From IMG/VR virus record IMGVR_UViG_3300020473_000020, positions 32,001 through 96,000 of that record: a stretch of 64,000 bases of DNA; one strand, 5' to 3'. This DNA comes from a virus. Below, piece after piece: positions 8,274-17,809 of the stretch. The notes under the pieces were generated by a model, which searched no databases, had not been told where the DNA came from, and was given only the letters and a program-made list of their open reading frames with translations. The stretch's first letter is position 1, and each line of letters opens with the position of its first letter. A program made the position numbers and the translations under genes.

Positions 8274-10160
8274 TTATTTCTTAACTTCTAGCTGCCACAC
8301 TTGGCGTTTAACGCCCCATACTCGGTCGGCACCCACTTCTTTAAGGCGTGAATCGTGTAGCGTTGTATTCGCATTGAATGCTGGATCTATTAATGAAGCT
8401 CGCGCTACGAGTTCTTTACGTGGTAGACGGTTGCCATACTTACATGGTTTCATTAGAAACCACCCCTGACAGTCAATTTCTTTTTGATACTCAAACCCAG
8501 CCTCACCGTATGGAGTAGGATCATCGAAGGATGGATCTATCTCAACCGTGAACAATTTAGTGCCCCTTACGCGTGCGGCTGCTTCGGAGAGTAGACGCTT
8601 AAACCCTTTGGGAACTTGGTACCCGTTAATTACAGAGTACCTAAGTGCAGCCTTACCTACGGCGTCACCCCGTCTACGAGGGCGTTGCGCAACTTGAAGA
8701 ACGGCAGCTGCTTGGCCTTGGTATTTAAGGACGTAGCTAGTAACTACACCAGTCAGAGTGCCGTCGCGGTGATATAGCTCTAAGTCGTCACCGAACTCAG
8801 CTCCCGTCACAATCTCGCATTCATCAGCATCAATGACAGTGCCATGACCACAAGCTTCCATTATTGCCTGTTTAATGGCTGTAGGGCGGTTATAAAGCTC
8901 GTCTTCCCACACATAAATAAGTCGATAGCCTTGCTGGTTGGTAGCTTCTAACTTTGACTGATGGTAGTCTTTATCTTTCCCGCCTGCGTAGGCACTGTGC
9001 CAATAAATGCCGTTGTACTCAATTGCTAGCTTTAAGCTAGGGATCACGATGTCAAGCTCTCGGCCGCTAAGTAGCTCCCGATCCCCATGCTCGATATGTG
9101 TCCCGTCTGGGCAGGCCATCTTGACTACATCTAATATCTCACGCTCGCCTTGGCTAACTTCTTTAGGGAAGCAGCTAGGGCATCGTGGTTTACTCCCACT
9201 GATAGACCCATCATTCTCTAACCCACCCATAAATTCAGTACCACAGGCAAGACATTCCCAAGGGTAGCGGTGTGGCATTCCAGATTCGCGGTCAGCCATC
9301 ACACCGAAGTACTCGTCTTCTGCAAAAAGTGGTTTTATATCACCTACACGGTCAGTTTTATGAAGTTGTGCGTAGGCATGTTTACGCTTACCATTGCCTG
9401 CCTTATGCGCAAATTCTTGCACGCCCATAGGATTCTCACAGCCATACTTTCTAAGGTTTGTTACCTTAACCTTTTCTAAGGTCTGTTTGCTCGCGAAGGC
9501 ACTTGTTGATGCTGTCCCATACTTTGCTTTATTTGTGGCACGATGTTTAGTCCGAATAGCTTCCGAGTGGATTGGCGAAGTGACCCCATGGTTTTTTTGA
9601 AGCGTAGCTTGCATCTTATCACGAACCTCCTTTGACTTGGCTGGTACGTCGACACCGCGTCGCTCAATATTTGTATCTCGGCGCTGCTGTATAACTTCTG
9701 GGTCAGAAGACCCACACTTGATGTCGCAGTATGTTCCGTAGCCTGCCTTAGTCGCTTTAGAGTCCGTCATGCGGAAGCGCTTCTTAGGCTTGAGCTGCTT
9801 ACCGCAGGTCTTGCAGTTCGGTATTGCGGACAGATCATTGTAAAAAAGGTAATAGCGTTCTACCAGCTGAGCATCATCGGGTAGGAATGACGTTGCGGCT
9901 ACTAAGTCGTCCTCGACACTGGGTTTAAAAGCAATCAACGAGTTCATGCGTGATGAAAAGTCGGCTACAGGTATGTCAGTGATATGTGACAAGCCCGCGT
10001 TGATTAGCTCTGTCCACGGAGCCTTTGCGCGCTGGCTAGGTCGCTGGTTACGGTAGGCTGGTATAAGTTTTACAATCTGTTCTGAAAGCTGTAGGTACTT
10101 CTGCTTTATGTCACACATATCATTCGTCTCTGGCATTTGATGGAGCCAGTCTATGTGCAC
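8274..10160 (-). CDS. Hef-like putative homing endonuclease (PD-(D/E)xK / Vsr-like)
   Basis: repeated T-N-x-x-[KR]-[YRH]-G modules, zinc ribbons, VSQGERE...ELDIVIPSLKLAIEYNGIYWHS...IYVWEDE. Confidence 0.7.
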   Translation of the reverse strand: MHIDWLHQMPETNDMCDIKQKYLQLSEQIVKLIPAYRNQRPSQRAKAPWTELINAGLSHITDIPVADFSSRMNSLIAFKPSVEDDLVAATSFLPDDAQLVERYYLFYNDLSAIPNCKTCGKQLKPKKRFRMTDSKATKAGYGTYCDIKCGSSDPEVIQQRRDTNIERRGVDVPAKSKEVRDKMQATLQKNHGVTSPIHSEAIRTKHRATNKAKYGTASTSAFASKQTLEKVKVTNLRKYGCENPMGVQEFAHKAGNGKRKHAYAQLHKTDRVGDIKPLFAEDEYFGVMADRESGMPHRYPWECLACGTEFMGGLENDGSISGSKPRCPSCFPKEVSQGEREILDVVKMACPDGTHIEHGDRELLSGRELDIVIPSLKLAIEYNGIYWHSAYAGGKDKDYHQSKLEATNQQGYRLIYVWEDELYNRPTAIKQAIMEACGHGTVIDADECEIVTGAEFGDDLELYHRDGTLTGVVTSYVLKYQGQAAAVLQVAQRPRRRGDAVGKAALRYSVINGYQVPKGFKRLLSEAAARVRGTKLFTVEIDPSFDDPTPYGEAGFEYQKEIDCQGWFLMKPCKYGNRLPRKELVARASLIDPAFNANTTLHDSRLKEVGADRVWGVKRQVWQLEVKK

Positions 10161-10378
10161 ATTTTAGTGATGTCAACTAAATGTATATAAAAATATGATA
10201 CCGTGCGGTAGTGCTTTTGTTACGACTAAAGGCATGTATGATGGTAGATTTTTAGCGTGTAGGCCACCATACTCAAGGGCTTAATGGGGGTCTTAGCGAC
10301 GAGTGGTGTACAGAATGCCACCAACGGCATGTATGGCAAATAAGCTACGAGTAGCATATAAATAAAATTTTAGGCAAC

Positions 10379-10405
10379 AAAAAAGGCGACTTAGGTCGCC
10401 TTTTT
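10379..10405 (-). terminator. terminator after major capsid gene
   Basis: AAAAAGGCGAC-TTAG-GTCGCCTTTTT. Confidence 0.85.
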
Positions 10406-10426
10406 AGTGTCAAATCTAGGACTAGA

Positions 10427-11827
10427 TTAAACTAACTTGATCTTAGTGATGAAGTTAGGAACTAGTACGTCGATTGCACCCCAAACAGCCGCAGCCTTTT
10501 GATTCATAAGAGGATTTGAACCGTGCGGTAGGGCTGATGTAACAACTAAAGGCATATATGGGGCTGATACAAGTGCACTTTCAAAGTTAGATTTACCTTT
10601 GTAAAGAGCAACAGCTTCGTCTGGGTGCATCACGTGTTGGTTAGGAACACGGATTACTAAGATACCGTCTAAAGTACCGAAGATGTGTGGACCGATTGCC
10701 GCGCCGTCAGAAAGCTTGTTGAAGCCTTGTAGAGTACCGATTAGGGCACAAACGTTACGACCAGCTACTAGAGCTGAGATAGTACCACGACCAGCGTTAC
10801 CAAGGATTACAGCTTCTGCTTGTGCAAGAGCGTCTTTGAAGCCTTGCTTGTGCTCAGCGTAAGAGATACCGCTTGGCGCAGCTTTTTGGAACGTAGTCTC
10901 ACCTTGAGCTTTAGCTAGAAGCATGCGAGTAGCAGCGTTCATTTGCTCAGAGTTGATAGCAGCAACTAAGTCTTGTGCAACTTCGTCTTCTGCAACCATA
11001 CCGAAACGACGACGTAGCGCGTATGACTGTTGCATACCGATAGTGTCTTTCAGTGCCCATAGACGAGCGTTAACAGTCTTAGAAGTGAACTTCATTAGGA
11101 TCTTAGGAATGTCTTCCGCAGACTCGTAATCAGACTGGTAAGAAGCTGTGATCGTGTGACCGTCAGCTGGGTTGTTCTTCAACGTGATAGTTACAGCACC
11201 AGTGTTGTAGTCAACTGTACCTTGGATGTCGAAACCGATTAACTGGCCAGCGCCGTTATCAGTAGCAACTAGACCAAGCTGTGCAAGTTCGATGCGAACT
11301 GAACCAGCGCGTAGTGGAGTGTTAACTAGTACGAAAGAGTACTCAGTTGTACCGTCAACAGTGTCACCGTGAGCTTCGCCAACAACAGCAGAAGAAGCGT
11401 AACCGTCAGCTGCGTAGTTGTCACCACCCATAGGACCTGATAGTACGTCACCTGCGTTAACGCCGCCTTTAGTTGAAGCAGCAACAACGTTTTTGTAGTA
11501 GATAGTGCCTTGCTCTTCGTCAATCGGTTGGATTGAAGCGATAGCAGAAAGCGGAGAAGTACCGTAAGCAACAGTTAATACGTCGAATGCAACGTCAGGG
11601 ATCTTGCCTAATTGGCCGATTGAACCGTCTTCTTCACAAAGCTCTTTGTAGATTTCAAAGTTTTCTAACTGCTTACCAAGAGCGTAAACGTCGTTAGAAG
11701 TGATAGAGCGTACTTTTGAAAGTAGTGACTGGCTTTGTAACGCTTCCATGAATGGTGCGTATTTTTCAGCGTACTGACTTGCGCCGCTGTCGATGCGTGC
11801 GCCGATTGCATTTTCATTGATAGACAT
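10427..11827 (-). CDS. major capsid protein (T4 gp23-like HK97 fold with insertion domain)
   Basis: IASIQPIDEEQGTIYY, VNARLWALK, SAPYMPL; position after the protease; GAGG RBS before MSINEN; strong codon bias. Confidence 0.85.
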   Translation of the reverse strand: MSINENAIGARIDSGASQYAEKYAPFMEALQSQSLLSKVRSITSNDVYALGKQLENFEIYKELCEEDGSIGQLGKIPDVAFDVLTVAYGTSPLSAIASIQPIDEEQGTIYYKNVVAASTKGGVNAGDVLSGPMGGDNYAADGYASSAVVGEAHGDTVDGTTEYSFVLVNTPLRAGSVRIELAQLGLVATDNGAGQLIGFDIQGTVDYNTGAVTITLKNNPADGHTITASYQSDYESAEDIPKILMKFTSKTVNARLWALKDTIGMQQSYALRRRFGMVAEDEVAQDLVAAINSEQMNAATRMLLAKAQGETTFQKAAPSGISYAEHKQGFKDALAQAEAVILGNAGRGTISALVAGRNVCALIGTLQGFNKLSDGAAIGPHIFGTLDGILVIRVPNQHVMHPDEAVALYKGKSNFESALVSAPYMPLVVTSALPHGSNPLMNQKAAAVWGAIDVLVPNFITKIKLV

Positions 11828-11957
11828 GGTAGTTATCCTCATTTGTCTCAATCACACCGTTGTACAATTATTTCTGTGTAGTACAACTACAGTGGTGTTT
11901 TTAAATTTGTAAACTTTGCAGCCACTCTCAATAGCGACTGCTAATCATGTTCGAGTA

Positions 11958-13736
11958 TTAGTTGCAGCTCTCGAATAAGCCACCAACAGTAAGTTTCTTA
12001 CCGCTGTGACGTGCACTAACGTCTTCTTCTGACAGCTCAACCGAGTCAGTAGTAACTTGGCCGAATTGCTTCATAAGAGTTTCAGTTAAAGAACCAGCAC
12101 GTGAACGAGTTGGTGCAGACTCAGAAACCTTTGCTTTAGCAGCAGCTTCGTCTACAGAATCGTCTTCATCGCTGTCGTCGTTGTCGATACCGTCAACGTC
12201 GTCTTCATCTTCGTCGTCATCGCAGTCTTTACCTTCAACCACTGTGTGTTCAGTAGTTGCAGTAGTTGCTGTAGTTGCAGCAGACTCAGCTACAGTGCCA
12301 CCCGATAGACGAGTTAACATTGCGCGAGCTTGGTCTTCGCCGAATGACTCAAGCATTTCTGCTACGATGTCGTTCGGTGCATTAGTTTCAGCAGCTAGTA
12401 CTGCAACTTCCGCTTCGAATTTTTGCTGACGTAGAGACTCAGCCATGTGCTCAGTACGCTCGATTAGTGCTTCAACTTGAGAAACAGTACCTAGTTCTAG
12501 GTAAGCTTCTAATAGGTCAGTTGCTTGCTCTAATTCAACAGGCGTAGCTACAGCTTGGTAAGCTTCTAATAGGTCAAGGGCAGCGTTGATTTCTTCAACA
12601 GTACCTAGCTCTGCGTAAGCTTCTGAAACGTTCGATGCTTCTGCGATAGCGTTCTCGCCGCCATCAAGTAGCTTTTCTGCAACGTCCATAACGCCTTCGA
12701 TAGCTTCAACAGTACCTAGTGCTTGGTAAGCAGCTAGTTGCTCTTGTACAGACTCTAAAGAACCCGCTTTTTCAGTTAAGTCGCCGTGTGCTGTTTTCAT
12801 GCTGTTGAACTGTTCGAAAACAGTTGAAATTGCTTCAACAGAACCAAGCTTCTTGTACTTAGTAAGTTCTTCATTAACTGCATTGAAGTTTTCTACTTTA
12901 GCTGTAAGTTCAGCTACAGTAGCTGTCAATGTTTCGTTAGTGCCACTTAGTGCCTCATTCTCTGCGTAAGAAGCAGTTAAGTCGTTTTCAACTTGTGCTT
13001 TTTGACGCGCAAGAGCTGAGATAGTAGCAGCAGTATCAGTTGCGCTCATTTCTCTTTCCTCAGAAGTGTTTTTTGGGTCAGTGGTTACCTGTTCAGAGTC
13101 CGCACCTTCACCGAGCAGTGATGTGTGGATCTTAGAGGCTTCCATATCTAAACTTTCGACTAATTTTGGAATAGCAATAGCCACGCCCTGCACGCGAACA
13201 AAGTCAAAGGTCTCTAATTCAAAAGACTCTTCGTCGATGATTGGTGCGCCGTCACGTTTTTCATTGCGGAAACCGCCGTAGCCTCGGCTAGATACAGGAA
13301 ACTGTACCCCGCCTCGAAGGTAAGCGTTTAATGCCCGTCCAGATGGAGTGTTCAAGACAAGGATTTCGCCCATGCCAACACCTTGATCTTCATCGATCCA
13401 CAGACGAGCCACGCGGTGACTTGCTAGACCTTGAAGAAGTGCTTCATCGTCAAGCTTCTGGGAGTGACCAATGGTACCCAGCATAGTGCCGTTTGCCATT
13501 GCTTCACTGGTACGCTCGATAGCCTTTTCCCAAAGTTTGCGAGTGTAGAAGCGGCCGTTACGGGATTTCCCGTCGACTAAAAAGAAAGGACCAACCACGC
13601 GGGCTAGTATATTCTCACCATCAACCACACCAGCATTTGGAGAATCATCAGGGATAGAAATATCTTTCGCCTCATGAATCTCGTACTTTGCTACAGGCAT
13701 TTCAAACGCATCAACGAATAAATCTCGTTGTGACAT
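11958..13736 (-). CDS. prohead protease (T4 gp21-like) fused to scaffold region
   Basis: SRNGRFY, GTIGH, ASH, LNTPSG, VSSRGYG, FELETFDFV; coiled-coil repeats and acidic C-terminus. Confidence 0.85.
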   Translation of the reverse strand: MSQRDLFVDAFEMPVAKYEIHEAKDISIPDDSPNAGVVDGENILARVVGPFFLVDGKSRNGRFYTRKLWEKAIERTSEAMANGTMLGTIGHSQKLDDEALLQGLASHRVARLWIDEDQGVGMGEILVLNTPSGRALNAYLRGGVQFPVSSRGYGGFRNEKRDGAPIIDEESFELETFDFVRVQGVAIAIPKLVESLDMEASKIHTSLLGEGADSEQVTTDPKNTSEEREMSATDTAATISALARQKAQVENDLTASYAENEALSGTNETLTATVAELTAKVENFNAVNEELTKYKKLGSVEAISTVFEQFNSMKTAHGDLTEKAGSLESVQEQLAAYQALGTVEAIEGVMDVAEKLLDGGENAIAEASNVSEAYAELGTVEEINAALDLLEAYQAVATPVELEQATDLLEAYLELGTVSQVEALIERTEHMAESLRQQKFEAEVAVLAAETNAPNDIVAEMLESFGEDQARAMLTRLSGGTVAESAATTATTATTEHTVVEGKDCDDDEDEDDVDGIDNDDSDEDDSVDEAAAKAKVSESAPTRSRAGSLTETLMKQFGQVTTDSVELSEEDVSARHSGKKLTVGGLFESCN

Positions 13737-13764
13737 GCGTTACCTCATTAGTTCAATTAAAAAT

Positions 13765-14475
13765 CTAAGCCTTGCTTAGTCGAGTTTCAAACTCTTGTAC
13801 AAAACTTAACTCATTTTCATCCATTGTACAATGGTGCAGTGTGCTTTGTACAACATTAATGTAATTTTCTGAACAGCCTGCTTCAAAAAATGCTGAGTTA
13901 AGCGCATTCGGATGTGTCAGGCAAAGAAGCATTTCTAGCTCATCTTCGCTGAGTGACACGGCATTAGTCTCAACAAGCATTTCACCGTCGCTTTCGTTCC
14001 ACCAACGTTGCTCGATCTCAAGCAGGGCAGGTACCACGTGATCCATCATGATACCCAAGTCACGTTGGTCTGCCATCGGCTGGTACGTTTCGTTCTCGAT
14101 GTACAGGTGCGTACGCATGCTGGCCACTGCTTTAAGTAGTGTCTCGCGTAGCATCTTAGATGACTTGGTACCGCTCGACGTAATACGAGAAGCTAGGAAG
14201 CGTCCCATTTGACGGTGCATGCGCTTACCTTTAGTCGACTTGTGGTACTTAGATAAACCTTTCTTGTACGACTTACGGTTTTTACGCCAGCCTTTCTTTG
14301 CGTTCTTAGCTACCTTGGCGCTTTTGGCACCACGGATAAGACCTGAACGGCGCTTAATAAACTCATGTACTTCCTCTTCTGGAATTGAGTCCATCGGTGT
14401 ACTAATGGAGTAGCCTAGCTCACTTAGGAAACTAATGCGGTCTGCTTCTTCGTTAATACGCATCATAGTGGTCAT
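13765..14475 (-). CDS. putative head assembly/core protein
   Basis: lies between portal and protease; very basic central segment. Confidence 0.5.
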   Translation of the reverse strand: MTTMMRINEEADRISFLSELGYSISTPMDSIPEEEVHEFIKRRSGLIRGAKSAKVAKNAKKGWRKNRKSYKKGLSKYHKSTKGKRMHRQMGRFLASRITSSGTKSSKMLRETLLKAVASMRTHLYIENETYQPMADQRDLGIMMDHVVPALLEIEQRWWNESDGEMLVETNAVSLSEDELEMLLCLTHPNALNSAFFEAGCSENYINVVQSTLHHCTMDENELSFVQEFETRLSKA

Positions 14476-16349
14476 TGTGGGGTGTCCTCGCTTTCTTCGG
14501 TACTATTGGCAACTGGTGCCGTTGCTTCTTGGTTTTTAGCAGCAATCGTGTCGGACTCATCGAAAACTTGCATATCTTTAGGTGCAATGTCTTCTTTGAT
14601 AGATTCACCCGCTTTTTCTTCGCTGTTAGTTCGAACTTCGTCGTAATTGATTTCATCGCCCACGTCGGCCGCAGCTTCTTGGAGCTTAGCTGCTAGTAGA
14701 CCAAAGGCTTCTTGCATGATCGCATCTTGTGGGACGTCGGCGTTTGTAGCGTCACGACCTTTCTTTTCCGAAGTAGGGCGTTTCTTCTTGCCGTCTGACC
14801 TCGGGTCAGGCTCATCCTCGTTAAGGTCTTCTGACAATGGAAGGATGAATGAACGGTTACTACCAAATAGAGCCATTTGGCGACGCATCCAGTCCGATAG
14901 TGCTTCAAAGTCAATACGGCCATTGAACTGTTCACTGTCGTTAAGTTCAGTCATGAACATCCAAAGGTCAGATACCATCGCGTTTACTTGGTCAGCAAAT
15001 TCAAGCTTATCTAACTCATCAATGTTTACTACTTCATTACGGAATACGACGTGAATATCTTGCGGTAGTGCTTCAATGCCTTTCGTTAGAAGGTGAGCCA
15101 TAGCCAGCTGTTTAGCACCTGATGCTAATGCAGCTTGAATAGACTTGATCTTGCGAAGGTAACGCGCGTGGCGCTTCAAGAACTCGCCTTTAGATTCGGC
15201 TGACTCGCTGCCGAATAGTAACTCTGGTGGAACCCCGATAGTTGCACAGATTGTTGCGCGGTTATCACGGATGTTGCTGAGCATGTCGTCAGCTGTACGG
15301 TTTTCTTTTACGTCGACTGTTTGCAGGTTGCCTTTATCACCCATAACAGGCACACACTTAGTACGGCCAGCGGTTGATAAGATCGAGCCTACGTCTGACA
15401 AGTCACCTGAGCGCTTATCTAATGCAGTTTTATTGTTTAATAGTTGCTCGTAGCGACGTGAAATTGCAAAAGCTTCTTTAGGGTCTGTTTGCGCAGGCAC
15501 TGTCACGCCTACGATAGAACCTGTGCTAAGCTGATGTAGCTTACTAGCAGGTACTAGCGACTCTAACAGCTGTAATTCTTTCAGTTTTGACTGTACGCCA
15601 TATAGCAAAGGACGACCAACACGTATGTAGTTCGGCAGCTTCTTCTTTAGGGCTTCAAGGTCTTTGTCGTTTACGCCGAACTCTTCACCAAGGTCAATAC
15701 GCAGTTTACTTCGGCCAAGGGCAAAGTGAAGGTGCGAACTCGCTGGCTTAATAAGAATACGGTTAGTCTCGCGGACAAGATACTTTTCAGGAAGACCATG
15801 GCGGTATAGCGCTACAATGTTCTCTTGCTTAACATCATCGCTGATAGCCACTACACCTTCTTCTGGGTCTAACTCCATTGATAACGTGTAGTCCCCGTTA
15901 CTGAGTAAGTCGAGGGTAATGTCTTCGAAGATTTGGTCAATGTTCAAGCGGCGTTGAAGTACTTTAAGCTCTTCGTCAATCTCTTTGACTGGGCTTTGTA
16001 GATGTACGATCTCACCCGTCATAATATCGGCGACAAGTGTCTCGTCGGCGATAAGGTTTAACAGTGCATCAACTAGGTAATACTTCTGAACATCCTTTAG
16101 TGACTGCGAATAAGCCCGTTTAGTATCGGCCGCTTTTGTAAAGGCTGATACCATGGCCATTGCAGCTGAACCGCCGAGTGAAGCACGGTCAGCTTCTTTA
16201 TCGACCATTTGGTCACGGACGGCATCACGGAACTTGCTCAGGTGCTGGTTTACGAGGTCACCAGCTTGGTCGTTTGTGCTCGCGAATGCGTTACTCTCAT
16301 TAATAGAGTCAAACGTCGGCACATTTTTGGATGAATACAACTCAGGCAT
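14472..16349 (-). CDS. portal protein (T4 gp20-like)
   Basis: synteny; ICATIGVPPELL and RYLRKIKSIQ helices; acidic tail. Confidence 0.75.
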   Translation of the reverse strand: MPELYSSKNVPTFDSINESNAFASTNDQAGDLVNQHLSKFRDAVRDQMVDKEADRASLGGSAAMAMVSAFTKAADTKRAYSQSLKDVQKYYLVDALLNLIADETLVADIMTGEIVHLQSPVKEIDEELKVLQRRLNIDQIFEDITLDLLSNGDYTLSMELDPEEGVVAISDDVKQENIVALYRHGLPEKYLVRETNRILIKPASSHLHFALGRSKLRIDLGEEFGVNDKDLEALKKKLPNYIRVGRPLLYGVQSKLKELQLLESLVPASKLHQLSTGSIVGVTVPAQTDPKEAFAISRRYEQLLNNKTALDKRSGDLSDVGSILSTAGRTKCVPVMGDKGNLQTVDVKENRTADDMLSNIRDNRATICATIGVPPELLFGSESAESKGEFLKRHARYLRKIKSIQAALASGAKQLAMAHLLTKGIEALPQDIHVVFRNEVVNIDELDKLEFADQVNAMVSDLWMFMTELNDSEQFNGRIDFEALSDWMRRQMALFGSNRSFILPLSEDLNEDEPDPRSDGKKKRPTSEKKGRDATNADVPQDAIMQEAFGLLAAKLQEAAADVGDEINYDEVRTNSEEKAGESIKEDIAPKDMQVFDESDTIAAKNQEATAPVANSTEESEDTPQ

Positions 16350-16612
16350 GATCGCCCCCTGTATTTAGTCCTAATAACAGCATAGTCATACTGTAGTGTC
16401 TCCTAACAAGTGTTTAGGCTGACTGTCTCAATTCAGCGTCTCAATCAGTGTGGGTTAAACATCGCAATGGTGCGACGCCACTGGGGGAGTTTATCAACAG
16501 ATTCGTTGTACAACAAGCTGCAACGTAAAGTTTTTAGGCTCGTCAGGCCGCGTGAATACTGGGTTTGCTAGGCTTTTGCAGGTAGGTGAAAATTAAATCA
16601 TTGTACAATGTA

Positions 16613-16641
16613 TTGCGCCGCAGGGGTTTTCGTGGTTTAAT
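16613..16641 (+). promoter_or_regulatory. sigma70-like promoter, TTGCRNYGCAG class
   Basis: TTGCGC-N17-TTTAAT with TTGTACAA just upstream at 16601. Confidence 0.6.
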
Positions 16642-16683
16642 AGCTTCAACTTAACCGATTAGCAACCTCCCACGGAGAACTTA

Positions 16684-16908
16684 ATGACCGCACAAACTGA
16701 AATTCAAGATAACCGTTATACTTATGGTTCTGACTGGCCTGCTGGCTCTGTAATTGAAATGTTCGGTACGCAGTATCGAATCCGTGAGAACAACGGCACT
16801 TCGGGTGAGGTCGAATACTTAGATGGTACCTTTGCAACAAGTAACTTCTCATGGTGGTACGCCGATGAGAAGGCTGTATTGGTCTCTCGCCCTGAGCAGG
16901 CTAAATGA
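16684..16908 (+). CDS. hypothetical protein
   Basis: GGAG RBS, downstream of promoter. Confidence 0.6.
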   Translation: MTAQTEIQDNRYTYGSDWPAGSVIEMFGTQYRIRENNGTSGEVEYLDGTFATSNFSWWYADEKAVLVSRPEQAK

Positions 16909-17111
16909 CCATGTCTGAGAAAGAAGTGTCAATTATCACGGGTACTCTGCGCGGTGATTTGTATGCTGTTTGGTACTACATTGCTGGGAACGGTTCGCAC
17001 GTTCATCCTTGTGTGCGGTTACTGTTCGCACCGTTTGTCGCTTATACGGTGCTGACCATTGGGTTTGCTACTATCCTAGACCACCTCTTTAAAGGTCGAC
17101 CTGAAAACTAG
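16905..17111 (+). CDS. small membrane protein
   Basis: ATGA coupling, hydrophobic segment. Confidence 0.5.
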   Translation: MTMSEKEVSIITGTLRGDLYAVWYYIAGNGSHVHPCVRLLFAPFVAYTVLTIGFATILDHLFKGRPEN

Positions 17112-17171
17112 ATGCGCCCGCACCTAGGCGCGGACGACTTTACTCTGGCGAGCTGCTAGGCAGCTCCGACA

Positions 17172-17471
17172 CTACCTAGCTACTAAAGCGTAGCACTTGT
17201 TATTACTTTTCGAGCACATATAGCGCATGCCGTTGCTATATTCTTCTAGCCATAGCTGTTCGTTGTTCCGTGCCGACATAAGTTTACTAACGTAAAAGGT
17301 TCCTTCTGTTGTGATGACTTTGGCTCGTGCATTGCCATACTCATCAGTGATACCTTCGGAGCTTACAAACGTACCGATGCTCTCTTGCCCCATGTAATGT
17401 GGCGGTGGTTCACTGCACCCAGTTAATGCTAACGTTGTTGCGATGGCTAAGATTGTTGCAAGTTTTCTCAT
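17172..17471 (-). CDS. lipoprotein
   Basis: signal peptide with LTGC lipobox. Confidence 0.7.
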   Translation of the reverse strand: MRKLATILAIATTLALTGCSEPPPHYMGQESIGTFVSSEGITDEYGNARAKVITTEGTFYVSKLMSARNNEQLWLEEYSNGMRYMCSKSNNKCYALVAR

Positions 17472-17494
17472 TCTTTTATGTCTCTATGTCTCGT

Positions 17495-17806
17495 TTAGTT
17501 GATATACGGTTTGCTGCTTTGTTCTTCTAGGACTTTACGTGCGTAAGCAGTTGCCTCTTGTATGTCCTCAATCGCGTGAGATTGCAGGTCAAAGCTAATA
17601 ACAGGTATTCCGTTGACTTCACCACGTTGGTAAGCGTGATAGAGGTAAACAATACCTGCCTCGTCGCTGTCGTCGAAACCTTCTAGTTGCTCGATAACAT
17701 GCGTTAAGCTCCTAAAGTTTCCCTTTTGCTCGAAGTGCTGGCCGTGGCTGTTCGATACCTCGTAGCATTCTTTTAGTACAGCAATGATGCGTTCGATACA
17801 TTTCAT
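17495..17806 (-). CDS. hypothetical protein
   Basis: 103 aa ORF following the transporter. Confidence 0.55.
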   Translation of the reverse strand: MKCIERIIAVLKECYEVSNSHGQHFEQKGNFRSLTHVIEQLEGFDDSDEAGIVYLYHAYQRGEVNGIPVISFDLQSHAIEDIQEATAYARKVLEEQSSKPYIN

Positions 17807-17809
17807 TGT

